Below are positions 36,923 through 44,734 of a stretch of DNA of 64,000 nucleotides, one piece after another. Source of the stretch: an uncultured Clostridia bacterium (GTDB lineage: Bacteria; Bacillota; Clostridia; Oscillospirales; Ruminococcaceae). The stretch's first letter is position 1. Each line of letters begins with the position of its first letter. The stretch is from the NCBI GenBank assembly GCA_947625125.1, contig CANQNF010000007.1:14667-78666 (forward strand). The letters are read 5' to 3'. Position numbers and translations under genes: made by a program. The notes beneath the pieces were generated by a model, which saw nothing but the letters and a program-made list of their open reading frames with translations, ran no database searches and was not told the origin of the DNA.

Positions 36923-37005
36923 GGCGGAGCCCCACCCCTGGCTGCGCCGGGGGCCCGTCGGCTTCGCCGACGGCGTCCGTCCTGCGGACGGACGGGGGCT
37001 CCGCC
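36923..37005. repeat. GC-rich four-way-junction module, copy 2
   Basis: The closing stem GGCGGAGCCCC/GGGGCTCCGCC encloses hairpins at 36935-36952, 36955-36973 and 36975-36993. Confidence 0.75.
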
Positions 37006-37042
37006 CCGGTTGCCGCACACCCCTCATTATACCCCGACCCGC

Positions 37043-37087
37043 AAAAAAACGGCCGGGACGCCCCAAGTCGGGAGCGCTCTCGGCCGT
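37043..37087 (-). terminator. Rho-independent terminator of the GNAT gene
   Basis: On the minus strand, an ACGGCCG...CGGCCGT stem is followed by TTTTTTT. Confidence 0.6.
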
Positions 37088-37107
37088 TATTTATATGTGA
37101 CGATACG

Positions 37108-37527
37108 TCAAAATTCCTTTACCATCGATACATGTGGATAGTCCTGCTCAAGGTATCTTTCCCCGGTGGGCTTAAAGCCGCAGCTCGAATAGAACCCGGC
37201 CTTGTCCTCCTGCGCCCCGACGGTCATTTTTTTGTATCCCTCCGCCTGAGCTATCTCAAACGCCTCATTCATAAGGATCTTCCCGTATCCGCTTCCGCGG
37301 TTTTCCTTTCTCACGGCGACCCGTCCGACATGGACGCTTTCGCCTCCCTCGTCATAGAACCTCAGCGTTGCGACCGCCTTTCCGCCGTCGTCGTAGAGAA
37401 CCATGTGAGTGGATTTTTCGTCAAAGTCGTCGAACTCGTCAGAAAAGCCCTGTTCGTCAACAAAAACCGTTTTGCGTATCTCGGCGGATTCCTTTGGGAC
37501 CCTGCCGTTAAAAATCTTTATTTCCAT
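37108..37527 (-). CDS. GNAT family N-acetyltransferase
   Basis: This is Met31 of ORF 37108..37617. It has VAVRKENRGSGYGKILM, an acetyl-CoA-binding R/Q-x-x-G-x-G/A motif. Confidence 0.8.
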   Translation of the reverse strand: MEIKIFNGRVPKESAEIRKTVFVDEQGFSDEFDDFDEKSTHMVLYDDGGKAVATLRFYDEGGESVHVGRVAVRKENRGSGYGKILMNEAFEIAQAEGYKKMTVGAQEDKAGFYSSCGFKPTGERYLEQDYPHVSMVKEF

Positions 37528-37528
37528 A

Positions 37529-38275
37529 CTATTTCTTCCTGTTCTGGTAGGGATAGGGACTTTTGTTGGCTTCTTCGCGCTTTTCTTCGAGCCTGAGCCC
37601 GTAGAGGAACAGCACAAAACTTACGACCATCGCTACCCCAAACGGCACGAGCAGGAACCAATAGCCCACGGTGTCGGAGGCTTTCGGCAGCTCCATTATC
37701 TTCATCGTGTAGTTGATTTTTTTCTCATTCGTCAGGCCGAGCGCACGGACTCCCTGCTCGAAAAGCTCAGCCTCCTGCGAGGTCATGTTCTTGAATCTTG
37801 CGGTCACGTCCTGCAAAGCGGCTCCCTGGTATGAGGCTGAGGGGTCGCTTGTGTAGTCGTCGACAAAATCGAGAAAGCCGGTTATGACTTCCTGGACCTG
37901 CGGGTCTGCGCTCTTAGGGCATTCGACAAGCGTGACGTATTGCTCTCCGTCGGCGGCGTCGGTATACATGAGATAATAGTAGTGAGTGGCAGCGGCGTCG
38001 GACTGTGCAATATAGCCGAGCTTGGCGAGGAATTTATATGCGTTGCCGCTGACATACTGCCCGTTAAGATCTCCCGAAACATCGAGCCTTGTTAAGTTCT
38101 TGATGTTTTTTGATTCGTTTAAATTGTGATAAATGCCGATAATTCCCGCAAGAGTGAGGACGAATACAATGCCCGTGATTATCGCCACGGCAAGCTGCGA
38201 ATATACTCTGCCGCCGGTGAGAAATTGCTTGAGCTTTGTGTCCTCGGTCTCGGAAAATGCAGCGTCGTTGTTCAT
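37529..38275 (-). CDS. Hypothetical membrane protein (two TM helices flanking an extracytoplasmic domain)
   Basis: A 248-aa protein with TM segments near residues 27-48 and 205-228. I recognise no family. Confidence 0.5.
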   Translation of the reverse strand: MNNDAAFSETEDTKLKQFLTGGRVYSQLAVAIITGIVFVLTLAGIIGIYHNLNESKNIKNLTRLDVSGDLNGQYVSGNAYKFLAKLGYIAQSDAAATHYYYLMYTDAADGEQYVTLVECPKSADPQVQEVITGFLDFVDDYTSDPSASYQGAALQDVTARFKNMTSQEAELFEQGVRALGLTNEKKINYTMKIMELPKASDTVGYWFLLVPFGVAMVVSFVLFLYGLRLEEKREEANKSPYPYQNRKK

Positions 38276-38442
38276 TTTTGATACTCCTTATATAACAAAA
38301 TTTAGCAGCCGCTTACGGCCTGCGATATCTGAAAAAAATTATACCATACTTTCGCAAATTAGTCAACAACTCTGCGCGCCGAAATTTGTAACCGCACCCT
38401 TTCACGCCTCCACCGCCGGCAGACGGCCCCCTACCTCCTGCT

Positions 38443-38526
38443 GCGAAGCCCTCGCCGGACTTCGTCCGGCGAAACGGCGCAAGCGCCGTTTTGCGGGCCC
38501 CGCTCCGCGGGGCCCGGGGGCTTCGC
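38443..38526. repeat. GC-rich four-way-junction module, copy 3
   Basis: The closing stem GCGAAGCCC/GGGCTTCGC encloses hairpins at 38452-38472, 38473-38490 and 38495-38515. Confidence 0.7.
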
Positions 38527-38603
38527 CCCCACCCTTGCTTCCTGCCGCCTGCCTGCCTTTTACGCAAAAAAATCCCGCAGCAGCTAACCGCGGGAAATTT
38601 ATG

Positions 38604-41006
38604 TTATCCTAAAACTACCTTGACCTCGTTTACGTCCTTGAGCTTAGCCTCGGGGATGAGATTCCCGCTCAGCTTCTCGCCGTTGAGGATGAGCTCCTTG
38701 ACGCCGGACTGGACGTGAGCCGAATTGTCAACAGCGATATTGAGCGTCTTGCCCCTGAACGCCTTTTTCATTTTCATCTCGGGCCAGCTTGCGGGGATGG
38801 CCGGGTCGACGATAAGTCCCTCGGAATTCGGCCTCATGCCGCAGATGCCCTCGACGCAGCCGACCATAACGGTGGAGGCGGTGCCGGTGAGCCAGTGAAC
38901 GTGCGCCCTGCCCTCATAGGGAGAACGGGTCGACTCTACGAACTGCCCGTGGACGTAGGGCTCGATGACCCTTATCTCGGCCTTGTCGTTCATCGAAGCC
39001 GGCGTGGATTCCATGAAGTATTCAAACGCCCTGTCGCCATGCCCCAAAAGAGATTCGGCTAAAATCGCCCAGCCCTGAGACTGCGAGAAGATACCGCCGT
39101 TTTCCTTGGTGTCGGGGTTGAAGATGTGCATGAGCGCGCCGTCGAAGAAGTGGTCGACATACGGAGGCTCCAAAAGCTTTACGCCGTATTTTGTGTTGAG
39201 GATTCTGTGAACGCTCTCCATCGCCTTGTCGCCCTGTTCCTTGGTGGCAAAGCCGGAGATGACCGACCAACTCTGCGGGTTGAGCCACATGTTGGCCTCG
39301 GGGTCATTCTTCGCGCCGACGACCACGCCGTCCTCGCGAATGCCTCTTATGAATCTGTCGTCGTCCCAGCAATCCGAGAGGGATTTTCCGAGCTTCGGCT
39401 GCACCTTATCGAGATAGGCGATGTATTCCTTGTCGCCCCTTTCGGCAGCCCAGTATTTCATCAGGCTCATCGCGTAATAGAGCTGGAACGCGACGAACGT
39501 GGATTCGCCCTTTGCGCCCATTCTTAAGCAGTCGTTCCAGTCGGCATGCAGTCCCGCCGGCATGTCATGCGCGCCCAGACGCTCCATCGAGAAGTTGATA
39601 GCTCTCTTCAGGTGGTCATAAACCGTATCCTCGCCGCCGTTTGCGTAAACGATGACCTCGTCCAAAAACGCCGTATTTCCGCTTTCGCCGATGTACTTGT
39701 AAACGGTCGGGAAGAGCCAGAGCGCGTCGTCGGCACGGTAAGAGGGATGCCCGGTCGCCTGAACATAGGACGGCTGGTCGGGAGTGTCCTCGTGACCGGC
39801 GTTGTGGTTGAATTTAACGAGCGGGAGGCCGCCGCCGTTGTCGACCTGAGCGGAAATCATGAAGCGAATTTTTTCAAGCGCCATCTCGGGGTCGAGGTGG
39901 ATGATGCCCTGAATATCCTGGACGGTGTCGCGGTAGCCGTAGCCGTTTCTTAATCCGCAGTAGATTAGGGAAGCGGCGCGGGACCATGTGAACGTGATAA
40001 AGCACTGATAAGCGTTCCAGACGTTTATCATGTTGTTGAATTCCTCGGAGGGAGTCTCGACCTCGAAGCGCTCAAGCTTTTCATGCCAGAAGCTTCTGAT
40101 TTCGTCGACCTCTTTGTCCACCAAGGACGGGTCGCCGTCGTATTTTGCGATTATCTCTCCGGCAGCCTTAGAGTCGCGCTGCCCCAAGATATAGATGAAC
40201 GTTTTCTCCTCGCCCGGCTCCAATGTCACATTCGACTGAAGCGCTCCGCAGGCGTTCGAGTTATAGTTCATCGAACCGTCGAGCAGGCCCTTTTCAACGG
40301 CTATCGGGTTTGAGTAGGTCCTGTAGGAGCCGATGAAGCTGTCAAGGTTTCCGCAGGCCGCGTCAGCCTTTGCGCATGCAAGTCCCAAGAATCTCTCACG
40401 GTGGTTAGAGCCCGAAGCGTCGCGTCCGGAGTTTTCGTTTATATGCTGGATGACCCTGTTGCCGCCCTCAAAGGATGTGCGGGTTATAAAGAGTGTATAC
40501 TGCAAATTGACCTGGTCCTGTTCATAGTTGTTGTCATTTGTGAATTCCAAAAATCCGAAGACTGAAAGATTTCTCGGCTTTGACGATAAATTCTTTACTT
40601 TAGCGCGCCAGACCTCGTATGTAGCGCCGTTCGGGACATAGTATGTGACCTCGGAGCGGATCTCGGAATATTCGGCGCTCATGACCGAATAGCCGGTGCC
40701 GTGTCTTACCTCGGAGATATACTGCTCAAGGGGCTTGCCGACGGGCTGCCAGGTCGCGGACCAGTAGTCTTTTTTGTCGTTGTCGCGGATATAGACGTAC
40801 CTGCCCGGGAGCGCCATCATCGAGTTGAAGCGGTAGCGGGAAATTCTTCCGTTAGCGCCGCTCTGGACGAAGCTGTAGCCGCCGGCGTTGTTGGAGATTA
40901 TAGCGCCGTAGGCAGGGGAGCCGAGGTAGTTGCACCAGGGCGCCGGAGTGTCGGGGCGGGTGATGACGTATTCCTTCCTTTTTAGGTCGAAGTGACCGTA
41001 TTTCAT
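38604..41006 (-). CDS. GH94 family glycoside phosphorylase (cellobiose/chitobiose phosphorylase-like)
   Basis: An 800-aa protein. The N-terminus MKYGHFDLKRKEYVITRPDTPAPWCNYLG and the overall length are typical of GH94. Confidence 0.75.
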   Translation of the reverse strand: MKYGHFDLKRKEYVITRPDTPAPWCNYLGSPAYGAIISNNAGGYSFVQSGANGRISRYRFNSMMALPGRYVYIRDNDKKDYWSATWQPVGKPLEQYISEVRHGTGYSVMSAEYSEIRSEVTYYVPNGATYEVWRAKVKNLSSKPRNLSVFGFLEFTNDNNYEQDQVNLQYTLFITRTSFEGGNRVIQHINENSGRDASGSNHRERFLGLACAKADAACGNLDSFIGSYRTYSNPIAVEKGLLDGSMNYNSNACGALQSNVTLEPGEEKTFIYILGQRDSKAAGEIIAKYDGDPSLVDKEVDEIRSFWHEKLERFEVETPSEEFNNMINVWNAYQCFITFTWSRAASLIYCGLRNGYGYRDTVQDIQGIIHLDPEMALEKIRFMISAQVDNGGGLPLVKFNHNAGHEDTPDQPSYVQATGHPSYRADDALWLFPTVYKYIGESGNTAFLDEVIVYANGGEDTVYDHLKRAINFSMERLGAHDMPAGLHADWNDCLRMGAKGESTFVAFQLYYAMSLMKYWAAERGDKEYIAYLDKVQPKLGKSLSDCWDDDRFIRGIREDGVVVGAKNDPEANMWLNPQSWSVISGFATKEQGDKAMESVHRILNTKYGVKLLEPPYVDHFFDGALMHIFNPDTKENGGIFSQSQGWAILAESLLGHGDRAFEYFMESTPASMNDKAEIRVIEPYVHGQFVESTRSPYEGRAHVHWLTGTASTVMVGCVEGICGMRPNSEGLIVDPAIPASWPEMKMKKAFRGKTLNIAVDNSAHVQSGVKELILNGEKLSGNLIPEAKLKDVNEVKVVLG

Positions 41007-41149
41007 AAAATTTCCTCCTTTTTTGGCATTTCGCCTTACTCACATTCTATATTAACATTTTTTCATGCAGATTTCAAGAGGAAAAGCAAAAAAAGATACG
41101 CCTGTTAAAGACGTATCCTTTCAGAAATCATATTATCGTCATAAGGCGT

Positions 41150-43102
41150 TCAATTTTCATTCTCTTCCCCGAGCTCCATCCATCTCTCCGTAACGGTATC
41201 AAGCTCAGCTTTAGCCTCGTCAAGCCTTGTCCCAAGTTCGGAGCATTTGACATAATCCGCCGCAATTTCCGGGTCGCAGAGCGCCTCCTCGATTTCGGAG
41301 ATCTCCTGCTCAAGCTCCGAAATCTTCGCCTCGCAGTCCCGTATATCCTGCTTACGCTTCGCGTCCTTAGCCCTTTGCTCGCGGGTACGGTACTGCTTTC
41401 TCTGCTGCTCCCGCTTCAAAGCGGCCGAGTCCTCGGCTTCCCTTTGGGCTTTTTTCTCGGCCTCAGCCTCCGCCTCAAGCTTCTTTGCCTCGGCATAGCT
41501 GTCGTAATTTCCGGGATATTCCTTAGCCCCGTCGGGGGTTATCTCGATAATTCTTGTGACGATTTTATTGAGCAGGTACCTGTCGTGCGACACCAGGACT
41601 ATAGTCCCGGTGTAGGCTTCAAGCGCGCTCTCAAGGGCTTCGCAGGTGTAGGAATCGAGGTGGTTTGTCGGCTCGTCGAGTATTAAAACGTTCCCTCTTT
41701 TCAGGGTCATGAGCGCAAAGCTCAGCTTTGTCTTTTCGCCGCCGCTGATGACCCCGACCGGCTTATAGACGTCCTCCCCGGTGATGAGGACTCCCCCAAG
41801 GAGCGTTCTCACCTGCTGATCGGTCATTCTCGGATAGCGCTTGTGGACCTCCTCTATAACGGTGTTCAGGGGGTCGAGCTGTTCGTTTTTCTGGTCGAAA
41901 TAGGCAATTTTTACGTTCATCGCCCAGTTTATCCTCCCATGCTCATGTGGGTTTATCCCCTGCATCGTCTTAAGTATGGAGGATTTTCCGGCGCCGTTCG
42001 GGCCGATTATCCCGACCCGGTCGCCCCTGCGAATCTCAAAACTGAGTGACGGGATTATCGTCTTTCCGTCGCCGACGGTGATATCGACGTTTTCCATCGA
42101 AAACACCTCTTTCGGCGGCTCGATGTCATATTCAAGCCGTATCTTCGGGGGCCGCTTCGGTTTTTTCGGTTTCTCGACGCCGTTTTCGACTATCCTGTCG
42201 AGCATATGCTGTTTATTTTTCGCGGCGGCAGCCGACGTCGCCGATACCCTGTTTTTGTCGATAAAGAATTGCAGGCGGGCGATTTTTTCCTGCTCCTGCT
42301 CCCAAATTTTCTCCTGCCGTTCAAGGTCCGCCTTTTTCTGGACGGTGAACGCGGTGTAATTGCCGCGGTAGATTTTCAGGTGCTTGTCCTCAAGCTCCAT
42401 GATTTTCGTGCATACGGCGTCAAGGAAATATCTGTTGTGCGACACCGTCAGCACGGCGCCCTTGTAGTCCTTTAAATATCCCTCGAGCCACGCCATCGAA
42501 TCGAGGTCGAGGTGGTTTGTCGGTTCATCGAGTATCAAGAGGTCGGGCTGCTCCAAAAGCAGCTTACAGAGCGCCAGCCTCGTCCTTTCTCCTCCGGAAA
42601 GGGAGCTTACCTCTCTTGAGCGGTCGAGGTCTTTAAAGCCCATGCCGGAGAGCACGGTGTTTATTTTGACGTCTATAAGATACCCGTCCCTGTGCTCATA
42701 TTCCATGCTCAAAGAAGCGTATTCCTGGGTCGCTTTCTCAAGCTCGTCCCCAGAAAGATCGGCCATCTTTTCCGACAGCTTCATCATCTTCCCGTATATC
42801 TCGTCGAGTCGGGAAAACGGTTTTCTCATTTCCGATTCGATCACGGCGGAGGACTTCATGCCCGAGTTTTGCTCCAAAAATCCCACCCGGCAGTTTTTGG
42901 ACACGGATATGCTGCCGTCGCCGCCGGGAGTCGGGTCGAAGCCGATTTTGCCGGTGATGATATTTAAAAGCGTGGTCTTTCCGCATCCGTTCACGCCGAT
43001 AAGCCCTATCCGGTCCCCGGGTTCCACGGTAAAGCTCACGTCCTCGATGATAGGGTTGTCTGCCTCAAAATATTTATAAATATGTTCAGCGCTTAAAAGC
43101 AT
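41150..43102 (-). CDS. ABC-F family ATPase (two NBDs, C-terminal coiled coil, no TMD)
   Basis: It has two Walker A sites (GVNGCGKTT, GPNGAGKSS), two signatures (LSGGERTR, ISGGEKTK) and a Lys/Glu-rich tail. Confidence 0.85.
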   Translation of the reverse strand: MLLSAEHIYKYFEADNPIIEDVSFTVEPGDRIGLIGVNGCGKTTLLNIITGKIGFDPTPGGDGSISVSKNCRVGFLEQNSGMKSSAVIESEMRKPFSRLDEIYGKMMKLSEKMADLSGDELEKATQEYASLSMEYEHRDGYLIDVKINTVLSGMGFKDLDRSREVSSLSGGERTRLALCKLLLEQPDLLILDEPTNHLDLDSMAWLEGYLKDYKGAVLTVSHNRYFLDAVCTKIMELEDKHLKIYRGNYTAFTVQKKADLERQEKIWEQEQEKIARLQFFIDKNRVSATSAAAAKNKQHMLDRIVENGVEKPKKPKRPPKIRLEYDIEPPKEVFSMENVDITVGDGKTIIPSLSFEIRRGDRVGIIGPNGAGKSSILKTMQGINPHEHGRINWAMNVKIAYFDQKNEQLDPLNTVIEEVHKRYPRMTDQQVRTLLGGVLITGEDVYKPVGVISGGEKTKLSFALMTLKRGNVLILDEPTNHLDSYTCEALESALEAYTGTIVLVSHDRYLLNKIVTRIIEITPDGAKEYPGNYDSYAEAKKLEAEAEAEKKAQREAEDSAALKREQQRKQYRTREQRAKDAKRKQDIRDCEAKISELEQEISEIEEALCDPEIAADYVKCSELGTRLDEAKAELDTVTERWMELGEENEN

Positions 43103-43182
43103 CGCTTCTACCTCACAGAAAAATACTTCCTCTATTATATCACGCGCCTAAAAGGCTGTCAACGGCATGATCATTCCCGAGA

Positions 43183-43296
43183 GCGGCCGAAGCGGCCGCG
43201 TCAAGAATACAGAAGTCAGATGTCAGAAGTCAGAATTTCAAGGAGCCGCCTATGGCGGCAATTTTAAAAATAGTGAACAATGCGTGCGGAACGGGC
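43183..43296. repeat. Composite repeat (hairpin / heptad iterons / hairpin / conserved tail), inverted relative to the copies at 47666 and 52595
   Basis: GCGGCCG-aag-CGGCCGC (43183-43199); CAGAAGT CAGATGT CAGAAGT CAGAATT (43210-43237); GCCGCC-tat-GGCGGC (43245-43259); tail AATTTTAAAAATAGTGAACAATGCGTGCGG. Confidence 0.8.
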
Positions 43297-43303
43297 GCCC
43301 CTA

Positions 43304-44575
43304 TCATTCCCCCTCAAAGAGTTCATCGGGCGAAAGCTTGCGGAATTCACGTGTAAACTGACCGAAGACAATATAACTTCCGGCGTAATATGCCGTTATC
43401 GCTTCATTTTCGTTTATCGCGCCCGCTTTGAGCCTGTATATATCTCCCGTCGCCAGTTCTGTCGCAAGAAGCGTTTCGGCATTAAACATCATCCCGTTGA
43501 CGGGATAGTCGGCGGCGCGCTCGGTCAGGCGGTGATTTTCGATTTTCCTGACGCTTCCGTCAGGCGAAGCGATTACAGCGGTATCTCCCTGCTGACATAC
43601 ATAAAACCCCTCCGCCGCCGAAACAATATCCGGCGCAGGCCAGTTCATTCCCTCGCGATTGCCCGGAACAGGCAGCTCGGATCCCGTTATGGTTTCGGTC
43701 TCGGAGTCAAGGGCAAAAATTCTTGTCACGGTAAGAGCGTGAAGACTGTCAAAATAGTCGGGCGAGGACGTGCTTAAGCCCTCGGGGCATTCCTCTGCTC
43801 CCACCGAGATATAGTAGATTTTCCCGCCGTATTCGCCGATTATTCCGACGGTGTCGCTCGTATAAAGATGCGAGATCTGTCCCAGATTTTTAAGCTCATT
43901 TGTTTTAAAATCAAAGCTTTCGGCGTAGTAAATATATTCCATCGTGGGAAGTCCGTTTTCGTCGGTGATTTCCTCTGCTGCAACGGTATAGCCCCTGTCC
44001 CCCGAAACATATAAGCTTGAGAGAGTGCGTCCCTCCAACGTCGCGACTTTTCGGCGGCCCGAGCCGTCCGGGTCGGCTTTGTATATATTTGCGCAGGAGC
44101 TTACTCCGCTTTTAGCGGACATCTCGCGAGTGTTTTCAACGAAATAAAGACTGCCGTCATAGGAGCAGAGCATAACGTCCGAACCGTTTGACAAACCGAA
44201 CGCCGAACACGTTTCGGGGTCGTTATGCGGGCAATTCGGCTTTGAGCAGACCGGGAACGAATTCAAAGACGAAAAATCCACAAAACTCATTCTTCCCGCC
44301 GTAGAATTGCCGTCGACATAATACGCTCCGTCGGATATCAGATAGAATCCCGACCCCTTGGATGCCTTTAACTCTTCTATCGCTTGCCCGCCGGGAAATT
44401 TTCCGTCCGTCACCGTTTTAGGCTCGGCCTTTACTGCTTCCGCAACGCTTTCATCAATCGAAACAACGGCCTCGGTTTCTACCGGACGGGAGGCTCCCGG
44501 CTCTTTTTTCGCTGTTTTGCCGCATGCTGTCAGAAGCGTCAGCACGGCCAAAACCTCTGCAAATACTTTTTTCAT
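43304..44575 (-). CDS. Putative lipoprotein (unknown function, beta-rich)
   Basis: This is Met17 of ORF 43304..44623. It has a signal peptide with lipobox (LLTAC). Confidence 0.55.
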   Translation of the reverse strand: MKKVFAEVLAVLTLLTACGKTAKKEPGASRPVETEAVVSIDESVAEAVKAEPKTVTDGKFPGGQAIEELKASKGSGFYLISDGAYYVDGNSTAGRMSFVDFSSLNSFPVCSKPNCPHNDPETCSAFGLSNGSDVMLCSYDGSLYFVENTREMSAKSGVSSCANIYKADPDGSGRRKVATLEGRTLSSLYVSGDRGYTVAAEEITDENGLPTMEYIYYAESFDFKTNELKNLGQISHLYTSDTVGIIGEYGGKIYYISVGAEECPEGLSTSSPDYFDSLHALTVTRIFALDSETETITGSELPVPGNREGMNWPAPDIVSAAEGFYVCQQGDTAVIASPDGSVRKIENHRLTERAADYPVNGMMFNAETLLATELATGDIYRLKAGAINENEAITAYYAGSYIVFGQFTREFRKLSPDELFEGE

Positions 44576-44734
44576 ATAAACCACCTCTTTAAATATCATA
44601 TCATAAAATTTCCGATAAAGCAACCGGATTTTTTATTTTTGACATTCATCCCCCGGCAGGCCTTGCTTTTCTTTTTGATTCATGGTATAATAGCCCCGAT
44701 ACGTTAAAAACTATCAAAGAAAGGATGAACCCCC

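Noticed and set aside
36688-37596. A 302-aa ORF spanning the GH31 3' end, the GC-rich repeat and the antisense strand of the GNAT gene. Comparable ORFs at 38133..38612, 6464..6919 and 52580..52795 read through repeats.
   Set aside because: The sequence is dominated by Arg/Pro/Gly/Ala runs generated by the palindromic GC repeats. There is no RBS and there are no motifs, and it overlaps well-supported genes.
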